Source: Longimicrobiales bacterium
Lineage (GTDB): Bacteria; Gemmatimonadota; Gemmatimonadetes; Longimicrobiales; Gaopeijiaceae
DNA length: 64,000 nt
Assembly: GCA_965203485.1 (NCBI GenBank)
Contig: OZ241892.1
Span: forward strand, 2,432,001 to 2,496,000
Direction: 5' to 3'
Made by a program: the position numbers and the translations under genes. The notes under the pieces were generated by a model, which saw nothing but the letters and a program-made list of their open reading frames with translations, had not been told where the DNA came from and did no database searches. Shown in pieces: positions 20,211 through 30,386 of the stretch (positions are counted from its first letter, which is position 1; every line of letters begins with the position of its first letter).

Positions 20211-20430
20211 ACCTGTTGCGACGTCTGCGCCGACGGACGGCATCCCCCCTATCACTTGAGCACGACAGAGGTTGCATGAATGGGATTGTCGCGCCGACGG
20301 TAGTCGGCAACTATGTCCGTGGCTAGGCAACCGAAAGGAGATGACGGCCCAACAGTGGGCGCGGAGCCGTGGACGAGACGGAGAACCGCCAACAGGAGAC
20401 TGCGCAGGAGGCGTCCCTTGTCTGCAGGAC

Positions 20431-20798
20431 CAGTCCCGACATCACGTTGAGCTGGATCACGTCCATCCCGTCGTCGTCCGAGGCCTCCTCGAAACGCGGC
20501 CCCGCCGGTTGCCGCCCATGTTGTTGACCAGGATGTCGAGCACGTCGCAGCGCCTGCTGGGGCGACGGCCTCCACGAACCGCGTTGCACCCGAGGGCGCG
20601 GCGACGTCCAGAGGCACGGCCACGACTTCCGTCCCGGTCCGGCGAAGCTGGCTCCGCCGCTCCCTCCAGCCCGGCGCATCGCGGGCGCACACGGCCAGCT
20701 TCGCGCCCTCTTCGGCCAACGAACGCGCGATGGCGAAGCCCAGTCCCCGGCTGGCTCCGGTGGACCGCGGCCACCTTGCCGGCGAGCTTCAAATCCAC
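20431..20798 (-). pseudogene. decayed duplicate of the 5' half of the SDR gene
   Basis: Near-identical to 18331-18700 but with many 1-bp indels, and truncated after ...IQLNVMSGL. Confidence 0.9.
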
Positions 20799-20832
20799 GG
20801 GCCGACGGACATCGTGCGGGGCAATGGTGTAG

Positions 20833-21933
20833 TCACGGGCGTGTGCATTCAGCCCTCCAGCCCAACTTCACTTTGAGCGAGTTGAGGCTACTCTTCCAGG
20901 ATAGTCGGTTCTCATGCTGGAGTCTCCCGACCACGATGCCCGGAGCGATTGCCTGTCCGTCCGCAAAGCCGCGCACTGTGCCGCGCGAAAAATCCTCCTG
21001 TGCGACGAAGCGTTGCCACGCAGGGCGCGGAATCAGGAAATCCATAGCCCATCGATTGGCCTCGTGCTCCATGATGTCGTTCTTGCCGCTTTGCCCGTCG
21101 ATGAACACATCCCGCTTTTTGTGAATCAACACATGGGCAGCTTCATGGAACATGCTGAACCAAAGCTGGTCATCGGTCTTGTACCGAGCCGTGAGGCCAA
21201 TAACCGCGTTGCACGCCGATGGCCACCATGCGGCACCGCTCAGCCGCATTCCGGAAAATGGCTTTTCCACCACCAAGGCAACACCAGACGCATTGCAGAA
21301 GGCTTGCGACTTCGGCAAGGCGTGATCCAACGACTCTCGCGTAAGCTGGCGGACGTTACTCAGCGACTTCTTGAAAGCGCTCAAGTCGCAATCTGCGCAG
21401 TCTTGCTCGAAAGCACGGATCTCCACAGTCCTCAACCATGCGACAAGAGCAGGCAACTTGCTCTTGAAGCTGGGCGAATGACGGTACGCCACCGCCATCT
21501 TGCAGTACCGCTCTTCCCAGGCTTGTACTGACGCCACGCCGAAGAACGAGAGCAACTCGGACACGCGTCGCTTGCCAGTGGCTGGCGAGATGACTCCGCG
21601 TTCCACCATTTCCGTCGCTGGAAAACGTCGCGCCCAGGTCAAGTTTTCCTGGGCCTCTTCTTCGTCTGCCAAGCGGGCCTGATGCAACCGGTATTCGGAT
21701 TCTATGCCGAGCCAAATGTGCGCACGTACGCCAAGCACCCGCTCCAACTGCAAGGCGGTCTTCGGCTCAAGCGGCGCCTTGCCCGCCACGATGTCGCTGA
21801 TCAGCTTCGCGGACCGCCCGCACCGGCGTGCGAGTTCCGCTTGAGAAAGGCCATGGGCCGCTAGACGCTCCGCTAGCACAGATCCAGGAGACACGGCATA
21901 ATCCGGCCGGTAGTCGTAAGTCGTCTTGGCCAT
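20833..21933 (-). CDS. higA: HigA-family antitoxin, XRE-HTH fused to ImmA/IrrE-type metallopeptidase domain
   Basis: AVSPGSVLAERL..LSQAELARR..; HEAAH motif; EHEANRWA. Confidence 0.88.
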   Translation of the reverse strand: MAKTTYDYRPDYAVSPGSVLAERLAAHGLSQAELARRCGRSAKLISDIVAGKAPLEPKTALQLERVLGVRAHIWLGIESEYRLHQARLADEEEAQENLTWARRFPATEMVERGVISPATGKRRVSELLSFFGVASVQAWEERYCKMAVAYRHSPSFKSKLPALVAWLRTVEIRAFEQDCADCDLSAFKKSLSNVRQLTRESLDHALPKSQAFCNASGVALVVEKPFSGMRLSGAAWWPSACNAVIGLTARYKTDDQLWFSMFHEAAHVLIHKKRDVFIDGQSGKNDIMEHEANRWAMDFLIPRPAWQRFVAQEDFSRGTVRGFADGQAIAPGIVVGRLQHENRLSWKSSLNSLKVKLGWRAECTRP

Positions 21934-21943
21934 GGCTGGTCTC

Positions 21944-22282
21944 CTATCCGTGGTAGTCGACTACTTCAACCAGCGTTACCGCAGAAACCCGGTCGGTGTC
22001 GATCCCGCCGTCCGACCGACGAGGAATCGGGTCGTGATCAGGCTTGAAGATCAACCGTTTGGGATGAACCAAGTCTACAGCGTACTGGCCGATTCGGTCG
22101 CCCGTTAGCTGATGTCTCCTTTCGGGTTTGGTAGTTGGTACGTCGGACAGCGTCTCGGCGCTCCTCAGGACGGAGAGTCGGCGCTTGATCACCCCGGCCA
22201 TGCGGTCCCCGTACCGCCGTCTCAGCTGTCGGTCCGAACTGAACGTCTTTGCGAGACGACGACTTTGAAATCTGACGTCCAC
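21944..22282 (-). CDS. higB: HigB/RelE-like toxin (killer protein)
   Basis: LRRRYG.RMA..I.RRL..L..PERRHQLTGDRIGQYAVDLVHPKRLIFKP...VEVVDYH; lies upstream of higA. Confidence 0.88.
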   Translation of the reverse strand: MDVRFQSRRLAKTFSSDRQLRRRYGDRMAGVIKRRLSVLRSAETLSDVPTTKPERRHQLTGDRIGQYAVDLVHPKRLIFKPDHDPIPRRSDGGIDTDRVSAVTLVEVVDYHG

Positions 22283-22362
22283 GAACTCCGGCTGTTGTCG
22301 TTACCATTTGCGTAACGATAACACGCTTTCGTCGGCCGTCCACCCCTCCCAACGCCCCCCAT

Positions 22363-25300
22363 TCAACCCTCGTCCGACACGCGGGCCCGCAACAGCCGCT
22401 CCAGCGTCCGCACGTGCTCGTCCAGCGCGGCGCGCAGCTGCTCGTACCGGCGCGTCGCGTCCCGGCCGGGAGCTTGGTCGGCCCGGTCCAAGTTCCCGTA
22501 CAGGTACTGGAGCTGGTCCACCAGCATGGGGCGCGAGTACCGGATCGGCTCGGTCGCCAGCTCGCGCTCGACGGCTTCGACCTCGGCCGCGAGATTGCCC
22601 CCGCCGCGCCGCCGGGCCTCGGCGATGCGGTGCACGGCCAGCCGGGCCTCGCTCAGGGCGTCCCTCGTCTGCAGGGCCAAGTGCACCTGCCGCCGCACGT
22701 CGTCTTCGGTGACGCCGTTCTCGGCGCTCCGGGGATCCATCACCACGTCGAAGGTTTGCGAAGCGCTCCAGTCGCCCGCCGAAAGCCGCGCCGTGTACGT
22801 GCCCGGAACCACCATCGGGCCGCCGCGTCCCGACCGCTGGGGCCGCGAGTCCCACGGACCGGGGTAGCTCAAGTCCCACACGAAGCGGTGCGCGCCCGCG
22901 TCGGACTCCAGCCTCGGCGTGCCGAAGCGTTCCAGCCGCCATTCCCTCATCCCCGGCTCGGCGGGGACTTCGTACTCGCCCGGTCCTTCGCTGGAGAACG
23001 CGCGCACGAGCGTGCCTTGAGCGTCGAGAATCTCGAGCGTCAGCGGGCCGGCGGCGTCCGCGCCCAGGAAGTAGTCGATGTTCGCGCCGCTCGGAGGGTA
23101 CTCGGGCAAGTGAGGCGCGCGTCGTCCGAAGCCGCCTTGGTAGCGGACGCGGTGGGCGTCCCGGACCGGGAACAAGTGCACCGCCGCGTCCGCCGTCGCC
23201 GCGTCCATGGAGCGCAGCGGCGTCAGGTCGTCCATGATCCAGAAGCCGCGGCCCATGGTGGACAGGGCCAGGTCGCCCTGCACCAGCTTGATGTCGGTGA
23301 CCGGCGTGGCCGGCAGGTTCAGCTGGAAGGGCTGCCACGCCGCGCCGTCGTCGAACGAGACGAACATGCCGAACTCGGTGCCCAGGTAGAGCAGGCCCTC
23401 GCGCTCGGGGTCCTCGCGGACGACGCGCACGGGATGGTCGGCGGGCACGCCGTTGTCGCCGGTCGCGATGCGCGTCCAGGTGGCGCCGTAGTCGTTGGTG
23501 CGGAAGGCGTAGGGGGCGAAGTCGCCCAGCTGGTAGCGGAGGATGGCCACGTAGGCCTTGGCGGGGTCGTGGTGGGACACCTCGATGTTCTGGACGCGGC
23601 CGTGGGGGCCGATGCCGGGCGGCGTCACGTCCGTCCAGGTCTCGCCGCCGTCTCTGGTGACGTGCACGGGGCCGTCGTTGGCGCCCGCCCAGATGACGCC
23701 GGGTTCCAGCACGGACTCCTGAATGTCGTAGAGGACCGCGAAGTGCTCCTCGCCGGTCACGTCGAGCGTGATGGGCGCGCCCGACACGACCTGGGTCTCG
23801 GGCGTGAAGGCGGTGAGGTCGGGCGAGATGGTCTCCCATGCCTCGCCGCCGTTGGTGGTGACGTGCACGAACTGCGAGCCGTGATAGACCTTGTCGGGGT
23901 CGTGGGGCGACACGTGGACGGGCACGACGCGCTGCAAGCGGAATTCCAGGTCCCTGGGGTTGTGGCCGTAGAGGTTGGCGAAGCCGACGTAGTACTGCTT
24001 TTCCTGTCCCGTGCGCCTGTTGTAGAGCCCGAAGCGCCCCTTGCAGTTGGCGTACACGATGTCGGGGTCGCCGGGCTTGGGCACGACGGGGCCGGTCTCG
24101 CAGCCGCCGTGGGCCTCCCATGCCCCTTGCGCGCCGCCGGGCTCCGAGCGCTCGGGCAGGCTGGGCACCGAGATCGTGGAGTTGTCCTGCTGGCCCGCGT
24201 AGAGGCGGTAGGGGAAGTCGTCGGAGACGTCTACTTGGTAGAGTTCGGCCGTGGGCTGGTTGAGTTGGGTGGACCACGTCGCGCCGCCGTCCAGGGACAC
24301 GTTGGCGCCGCCGTCGTTGGACTGGATCAGGACGTCGGGATGATCGGGGTTGATCCACATGTCGTGGTTGTCGCCGTGGGGCGTGGGGCGCGCCGTCCAG
24401 GTCTCGCCGCCGTCCGTGGACTTCCAGAAGCCCTCGGTCATCCCCCAAAGGACGTCGGGGTCCGTGGGATGGGCCTCCAGGTTCGTGTAGTAGAAGGGGC
24501 GGGTTCGGATGGGGCCGAAGTCGGTGACTTGGCGCCAAGTGGCGCCGCGGTCGTCGGAGCGGTAGACGCCGCCGGTGTCGGCGGGGGCCTCGATCAGCGC
24601 GTACACGCGGTCGGGGTCCGCCGCGCTGACCGCCAGGTCCGACTTGCCGCGCAGGCCGGTTGGAAGACCATGATGGGTGGCTTGCTCCCAGGTGTCGCCG
24701 CCGTCGGTGGAGCGGTAGATGCCGCCTTCGAGACCGCCCGAGACGATCGTCCAGGGCTTGCGTTCGGCGCGCCACATGCTGGCGTAGATCGTGGACGGAT
24801 CGTCGGGCGCGAATTCCAGGTCCACCGCGCCGGTGCTGTCGGAAACGAAGAGGACCTGCTCCCAGGCGCCGCCGCCGTCCGTGGTGCGGTAGACGCCGCG
24901 CTCGGGGTTCGGGGCGAAGGGATTGCCGATTGCGGCCACGTAGGCCAAGTCGGGGTCGTCGGGATGCACGAGCACGGCGCCGGTGTTGCCCGCGCGCTCC
25001 AGGCCGGCGTGGCGCCAAGTGGCTCCGGCGTCCGTCGACTTGTAGACGCCCTTGCCGATGATCACGTTGCTGCGAATGCCGTCGGAGCCGGTGGCGACGT
25101 AGACCACGTTCGGGTTGGACGGGGCGACCGCGATGGCCCCGATCGAGCCCGTCGCGAAGAATCCGTCCGAGATGTTGCGCCAAGTGTGGCCGTAGTCCTC
25201 CGTCTTCCACATGCCGCCGCCGGTTGCGCCCATGTAGAAGGTGGACAGCTGGTCGCGATGACCGGCGACCGCGGTGACCCGCCCGCCCCGAGAAGGACCG

Positions 25301-25617
25301 GCGTAGCGGTAGCGCAGTCCGCCGAAGAGCTCCGGCGGGATCGCGGCGGGGGCCAGACCGGCCCAGGCGGTGCGGCTTCCCGTTGCTTGGTCTTCCGCCG
25401 CCAGGTCGTGCGCGCCGGCCTGTTGCACGACCGGGGCGCGTTGCTTTGCGGTGGCGGGTGGCATCGCCGAGGCCTGCCGAACCGCGGAGGCCTGCCGCAA
25501 CGCCGAAGCGGGTTGCACGCCTGAAGCGGGCGCGGCGGCGAGGGCGGCCAAGGCCCCGGCCGCCAAGATGGAGCCCCGGGCCAGCCCGGCAGGCGTGGTG
25601 TTCTTGCTCATCGTCAT
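22363..25617 (-). CDS. secreted VPS10/BNR-repeat glycosyl hydrolase-like protein
   Basis: Signal peptide; GPSRGGRVTAVAG; repeated S/T-x-D-G-G-x-T-W Asp-box motifs. Confidence 0.9.
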   Translation of the reverse strand: MTMSKNTTPAGLARGSILAAGALAALAAAPASGVQPASALRQASAVRQASAMPPATAKQRAPVVQQAGAHDLAAEDQATGSRTAWAGLAPAAIPPELFGGLRYRYAGPSRGGRVTAVAGHRDQLSTFYMGATGGGMWKTEDYGHTWRNISDGFFATGSIGAIAVAPSNPNVVYVATGSDGIRSNVIIGKGVYKSTDAGATWRHAGLERAGNTGAVLVHPDDPDLAYVAAIGNPFAPNPERGVYRTTDGGGAWEQVLFVSDSTGAVDLEFAPDDPSTIYASMWRAERKPWTIVSGGLEGGIYRSTDGGDTWEQATHHGLPTGLRGKSDLAVSAADPDRVYALIEAPADTGGVYRSDDRGATWRQVTDFGPIRTRPFYYTNLEAHPTDPDVLWGMTEGFWKSTDGGETWTARPTPHGDNHDMWINPDHPDVLIQSNDGGANVSLDGGATWSTQLNQPTAELYQVDVSDDFPYRLYAGQQDNSTISVPSLPERSEPGGAQGAWEAHGGCETGPVVPKPGDPDIVYANCKGRFGLYNRRTGQEKQYYVGFANLYGHNPRDLEFRLQRVVPVHVSPHDPDKVYHGSQFVHVTTNGGEAWETISPDLTAFTPETQVVSGAPITLDVTGEEHFAVLYDIQESVLEPGVIWAGANDGPVHVTRDGGETWTDVTPPGIGPHGRVQNIEVSHHDPAKAYVAILRYQLGDFAPYAFRTNDYGATWTRIATGDNGVPADHPVRVVREDPEREGLLYLGTEFGMFVSFDDGAAWQPFQLNLPATPVTDIKLVQGDLALSTMGRGFWIMDDLTPLRSMDAATADAAVHLFPVRDAHRVRYQGGFGRRAPHLPEYPPSGANIDYFLGADAAGPLTLEILDAQGTLVRAFSSEGPGEYEVPAEPGMREWRLERFGTPRLESDAGAHRFVWDLSYPGPWDSRPQRSGRGGPMVVPGTYTARLSAGDWSASQTFDVVMDPRSAENGVTEDDVRRQVHLALQTRDALSEARLAVHRIAEARRRGGGNLAAEVEAVERELATEPIRYSRPMLVDQLQYLYGNLDRADQAPGRDATRRYEQLRAALDEHVRTLERLLRARVSDEG

Positions 25618-25971
25618 GCTCCTCGTTGCTTTCCGGCTTGCGGCCCCGTCGGCGTCGCTCCGCGAAGGAGAGCGCACCCATTGCGAGAGCCTGGACGAAG
25701 GCCGGGCGCCCAGGCTGCAGCACCCAAGAAAGAGAGCGCGGACGGTGCAAGAGAAAGGTCGAGCGCCGGGGCGTCAAGTGCGGCCGGCGCTCCGCCCTGC
25801 AACCGTCTCGGCAAGCGCGGACGGCCACGGGACAAGGCGGTCCCGCTTGTACGCAGGCGGGAATTGGCGCGCCGGGACTCGGGCGTTCGCGATGGCGGCG
25901 GCCGCGGACGGCCTGCTCTCCTCGCGCCCGGTTTGCGGCGGCGGACCCCCCGGCCCATGTTGGGCGCCACG

Positions 25972-27213
25972 ATGCGCGTCTCTTGGGTGGACCCCTTGAA
26001 CCGGGATCCGCACTTTCTCAACGTGCTCTCGCTTGCGTTGGGGGAAGCGGGTCACGACGTGCGAGTGTGGTCCATCGCCCGCGCCGGCTTCAAGCCGCCT
26101 CCCGGGGTGGCTTGGACTCCGTTCGCGGCGATGGCGCGGCCGCCGTTCTCGCTCAAGAGGCGCCCGGCGGCCATGCGCGTGGCCGCCTCCTATCCGTTTC
26201 TGTGGCGCAGGGCCGTCCGGGATGTCGTAGCCACGGGCGCGCGGGCCGTGCTGGCGACTACCGGCCTGGCGTTGCCGCGATGGGACGCGCGGGCGATGCG
26301 CGCTTTCGCTCGCGGCGGCGTGGCACCCGTCGTGATCGTCCATCTTCCGTATCCGGGCTTCCTCGACGATCCCCGCGGCCGGCGGGCCGGCCGGTACCGG
26401 AACTTCTACGCGGCCGCGAGCCGGCTCCTCTTCATGAACGCCGACACCCGCGCGCGCTTCCTGGAGACGTTCTCGGTCCCGGAGGACCGTTGCGCGACCA
26501 TTCCGGCCCCGCACTACGCACCGATTCTGGACGCCGTCGAAGCCGACCGGGGCCTCGCCGAGCGGCTACGCGACTGGGCTGGGGGCGCGCCCGTCGTGAC
26601 CTTCCTCTCGAACATGCGTTCGGAGCACGGCTTCTCCGACTTGCTGGCCGGCTTGGCGCTGCTCGACGCTCGGCTGGACGACTGGAGGTTGCTCGTGGTG
26701 TCGTCCGCCGTGTCGCGGCGCCGCGCGGCCGACGTCGAAGCCTCGCTGGAGAGGCTGGGGCTCCGGCGCCGCAGCTGGTGCGCGTGGCGCCCGTATCCGG
26801 TGTCCTATCTGAAGGCGTACCTCGGCGCGTCGAGCGTCGTCGCCGTGCCGTATCGCGATGCCACGCAGAGCGGCGCGGTGGCGTCGGCCAGAGGAGCGGG
26901 CGTTCCGGTCGTCGCGACCGAGGTGGGCGGCCTGCCGGAGAGCATCCGTCCAGGAATCGACGGCGAGCTCGCGGCGCCCGGCGACCCGGTCGCCCTGGCG
27001 GACGCCTTGGCCAAGGTGGCCGCCGACGCGGACGCCTACCGGCAACGAAAGAAGGCGCGGCGCCGACCGCCGGGGTCCCCCGAGGCCACGGCCAAGGCGG
27101 TCGTCGAGGCGTTGCGCGACGCGGCCGTGCCCGGTCGGCGGCGGCTTGCCTATGCGCGTGACGTGTCGCCGTCCGGGGCCGGCCGGCTGTCGCCGGAGCG
27201 ACGGCGCCGGTAG
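25972..27213 (+). CDS. glycosyltransferase family 4 (GT-B)
   Basis: VPYRDATQSGAV..A..AGVPVVATEVGGLPE...GELAAPGDP. Confidence 0.88.
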   Translation: MRVSWVDPLNRDPHFLNVLSLALGEAGHDVRVWSIARAGFKPPPGVAWTPFAAMARPPFSLKRRPAAMRVAASYPFLWRRAVRDVVATGARAVLATTGLALPRWDARAMRAFARGGVAPVVIVHLPYPGFLDDPRGRRAGRYRNFYAAASRLLFMNADTRARFLETFSVPEDRCATIPAPHYAPILDAVEADRGLAERLRDWAGGAPVVTFLSNMRSEHGFSDLLAGLALLDARLDDWRLLVVSSAVSRRRAADVEASLERLGLRRRSWCAWRPYPVSYLKAYLGASSVVAVPYRDATQSGAVASARGAGVPVVATEVGGLPESIRPGIDGELAAPGDPVALADALAKVAADADAYRQRKKARRRPPGSPEATAKAVVEALRDAAVPGRRRLAYARDVSPSGAGRLSPERRRR

Positions 27214-27971
27214 GCGGCAAGGAGTTCTTCGACGGCGCCGCTGGCACGAATGCGGCCGTCGTGAATCCAAATGGCGCGGTCGCAGAACTCGCGGATGATC
27301 CCGCCGTCGTGGGAACAGACCACGAGCGTCTTCTGGTCCGGCGCTCCTTGCATGCGGCGTCTCGCCTTTTCCCTGAAGCGCAAGTCGCTCGTGCCGATCT
27401 CTTCGTCCAGGAGCAGCACGTCCCAGTCGATGCACATGGCGATTGCAAACACCAAGCGCGTCCGCATTCCGTCGGACAGCGTTCGCGTGGGCATGTAGAC
27501 GTGCCGGCCGATTCCGGACAGGCGGCAGACGGCCGGAATCAGTCTGTCGACGTCCCTGCGGCGAAGGCCCCGCGTGAGCCCGGCGAGCATGATGAACTCC
27601 AGCGCCGTCGCGTCTCCGTAGCCGTGCAGCGAAGTGTCGAACAGACAGGACACGCGTCCCCGCACTTCGCAGGCGCCTTCAGTGGGCGGATAGATGCCGG
27701 CCATGACGCGCAACAGGGCGGTCTTGCCCGCTCCGTTGTCTCCGATCACGCCGATCCGCTGTCCTTTCCGAATCGTCAGCGAGACGCCGTCCAAGACGGC
27801 GATCGCCTTGTTGCGGCGCGCCGGTGCGGCGATGCCGCTCAGCAGCGTGGCCCGGCGAGAGCCATGCTGGGGCGCGGGCAACCGCAACGACACGGATTCC
27901 ATCCGAACGGCGTCGTCGTCTTGCATGGGAAGTTCAGAGCCAGAAGACGACATTTCGGTGATGTCGTCCAT
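27150..27971 (-). CDS. wzt: ABC polysaccharide exporter ATP-binding subunit (Wzt-like)
   Basis: GDNGAGKT, LSDGMRTRL, LLLDE, CSH; adjacent to a permease gene. Confidence 0.88.
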   Translation of the reverse strand: MDDITEMSSSGSELPMQDDDAVRMESVSLRLPAPQHGSRRATLLSGIAAPARRNKAIAVLDGVSLTIRKGQRIGVIGDNGAGKTALLRVMAGIYPPTEGACEVRGRVSCLFDTSLHGYGDATALEFIMLAGLTRGLRRRDVDRLIPAVCRLSGIGRHVYMPTRTLSDGMRTRLVFAIAMCIDWDVLLLDEEIGTSDLRFREKARRRMQGAPDQKTLVVCSHDGGIIREFCDRAIWIHDGRIRASGAVEELLAAYRRRRSGDSRPAPDGDTSRA

Positions 27972-28737
27972 AGAGAATCAGGGTGACGCTCGCGCCAACC
28001 ACGTTCGTCGCCGCCACGACCTGCCATGCGATGTCCGACGCGGGCTCGCCGAGGAGCGGGGCCCGCACCACGTCGATGAAGTGCGTGAACGGGTTTGCCG
28101 ATGCCAGCAACGCGCGGTCGCCCAAGGAATCGGTCCGCCAGAACACGGGAGTGGCGAAGAAGAGGAACCGCGACGCAAGGACCAGCACATGCTTGGTGTC
28201 CGCAATCCTCGCGCCGACGAGTCCGAACAATGCGGAAACCCAGAACGAAGCGAAGAGAACGGCCGCGAGACCCAATGCCGCCGTCGCGAGGTCCGCGGCG
28301 CCGGGCCGCGACGCGAGGACGAGCACGGCGGCCAAGACGGGCGTGTGCATCAGCAAGCGGGCCGCGCCGGCGACCACGTGACGCAGCACGTACGTGTACA
28401 GCGGGCTTCGGTGGCTGAGGATCAGGGAGTCCTTGCTTCGAAAGAGTTCGGCGCTGGACGTGGCCACCGACGACATGTAGAACCACGCGACCACGCCGAC
28501 GCCCACGTAGGCGAAGTAGTTCTGGTCTCCTTGCCCGAGCGAGTAGCCGAAGACCACGCCCAGGCCGGCGACCCAGAGCGCCATGGCCACGGTTTCCCAG
28601 AACGGCCCGAGGAGCGTCCGGCGGTAGGCCAGCACGAAGTCGAACCAGCCGGGCATGGCCCACAGCGCCGGTCTGCGGACGGAGCGGGCGACGTCGCGCG
28701 AGCCCGATGCCAGCGCGGCGGCGAGGGCGCGCGTCAC
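27934..28737 (-). CDS. wzm: ABC polysaccharide exporter permease (Wzm-like)
   Basis: YRRTLLGPFW, FFATPVFW, NPFTHFIDVVRAPLLG. Confidence 0.9.
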   Translation of the reverse strand: MTRALAAALASGSRDVARSVRRPALWAMPGWFDFVLAYRRTLLGPFWETVAMALWVAGLGVVFGYSLGQGDQNYFAYVGVGVVAWFYMSSVATSSAELFRSKDSLILSHRSPLYTYVLRHVVAGAARLLMHTPVLAAVLVLASRPGAADLATAALGLAAVLFASFWVSALFGLVGARIADTKHVLVLASRFLFFATPVFWRTDSLGDRALLASANPFTHFIDVVRAPLLGEPASDIAWQVVAATNVVGASVTLILYGRHHRNVVFWL

Positions 28738-29428
28738 GAAACTCGGTTCGGCCGCGGCCGCGTCGCGCGCGCGTCCTGCGCCAAGTCGTCCCGCAGCCGC
28801 GTGCGCGTCACGCGTTGCCCCGTGGTCGCGTCAGCACCGGATGGTGCGAACGATCCTGCCGTGTTCGTCCACGACGACGGGCGTTCGCGCGACGTCGCGG
28901 CCCAGCGGGATCGCTTCGCCTTGGCGGATCGCCGCCGCGCCCAACGCCAGCGCCGTCACGGAGTCGGGGAGCGTGCGCCATCGAAGGACGCGCTGCCCAT
29001 CGCCGGACGCCACCTCCAAGGCGGCGGCGGCCCGTCGTCGCACGCGGCCAGGGCCAACAGACCCGACGATGCCGCGACGCGATGGGATTCCTCGCCGTCT
29101 CCGGTCAAAGAGGCAGTCTCGCATCTCGTCAGGGTCCCTTTCGCAACGCGGTTCGAAGCTCCAATAATAGCCGACGGCATCCGAGGAATCCGGCGCCGCG
29201 CGGCCGGTCCAGCGCTTCGTCCGGCTCCGCGTGACGCGACGGGACCCCGCTCATATCCATTAGGAGCGTTGCGAGCGGAACCGCCACCCTAGATGCCGCG
29301 TCGCGGGGGGACGCTTCACCGGTAGCGATGGCGACATTTCGAGTTCACGTTGGAACGGGGGGCCGTGGACGCGCACCCGAGCCGGGCGTCCGGCGGCTCG
29401 GCCCCTAAGTTGCCGGACGTGCCCATGC

Positions 29429-30177
29429 GTGCTGACCGCGCGCGCGTTCTGGTCACGGGATGCGCGGGCTACTTGGGTCCATACTGGCGGAGCGGCTCCT
29501 CGCGAAGGGCTACCGCGTGACCGGGCTCGACAACTTGTCCTGCGGCAACCATTCGCTGCTTCACCTTTGCGCCAGCCCGTCGTTCGACTTCGTCCACGGC
29601 GACGCGCGGGACGAGCGCATCTTGGGGGCTTGGTGGCCAAAGCCGACGTCGTCCTGCCCTTGGCGGCGATTTCGGGCGCCCCGGCATGCAACCGGAATCC
29701 GGCGGAAGCGGTGAGCGTCAACCGGGACGCCGTCGCGCTGCTCGACCGTCTGCGCAGCCCCGATCAGCTCGTCGCGTTCCCGAACACCAACAGCGCGTAC
29801 GGCGCGCAAGGCAAGCACGAACCTTGCACTACGTGCATGTGCGCGACGGGGCCGACGCTTTCGTCCATGCGACCGAGCGCTCCGAGACGATGGCGGGGCG
29901 ACCCTGCAACTTGGGGCTCGACGAGGCCAACTGTTCGAAGGGCGAGTTCGCGCCGCGGATCAAGAAGCACGTGCCCGGGTTCTTCGTCCTCTTCGCCGAA
30001 ATCGGCCAAGACCCGGACAAGCGCGACTACGTGGTTTCGAGCGAGCGGCTGCGCCAAGCGGGCTTCGCGGCGAAGAGGAGCCTCGACGACGGGATACGCG
30101 AACTCCTGAAGGCGTACCGGCTTCTTGGCCGCGCGCCTTCGAAAGCCTCGCCGGCCGCCGAGGCTCGCGCCACCTGA
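29429..30177 (+). pseudogene. NAD-dependent nucleotide-sugar epimerase/dehydratase pseudogene
   Basis: Pieces in different frames: VLVTGCAG, GSILAERLL..VTGLDNL, PLAAISGAPAC, FPNTNSAYG, then YVHVRD..DPDKRDYVVSS. The central YxxxK segment is missing. Confidence 0.85.
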
Positions 30178-30386
30178 TCCGCGCGTCCCGGGGCGCATGT
30201 CCTTGCTACCTTCGTCGAGACGCCCCTCGGATGCCCGGACAGCCAACCGGACGCAGGCGGTCTCCGTCGGTCTCGCGGCCCGCGGGGGTGCTTGTAGGCC
30301 GCTCTCGCCAATCGTATCTTGACCCATGTCCGTCCATCCTCTCCTGCGGACGAAGGCGGCCAGGACGCAAGCAACCGACCGACGCG

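Noticed and set aside
20833..22282. HigA fused to an HExxH peptidase domain as a novel system
   Set aside because: HigB with HTH-ImmA/IrrE antitoxins is a known, common arrangement.
25460..25520. Short tandem repeat encoding (L/V)RQASA in the VPS10 N-terminus
   Set aside because: Low-complexity linker after the signal peptide; no evidence of function.
22301..25828. Long alternative ORFs (1175 aa, 1036 aa) over the VPS10 gene
   Set aside because: Arg/Gly/Pro-rich off-frame or antisense products of high GC3 codon bias.
28831..29124. Possible lipoprotein/Ig-like remnant (LALAACDD..LEVASGDGQR)
   Set aside because: Too short and frameshifted to call with support.
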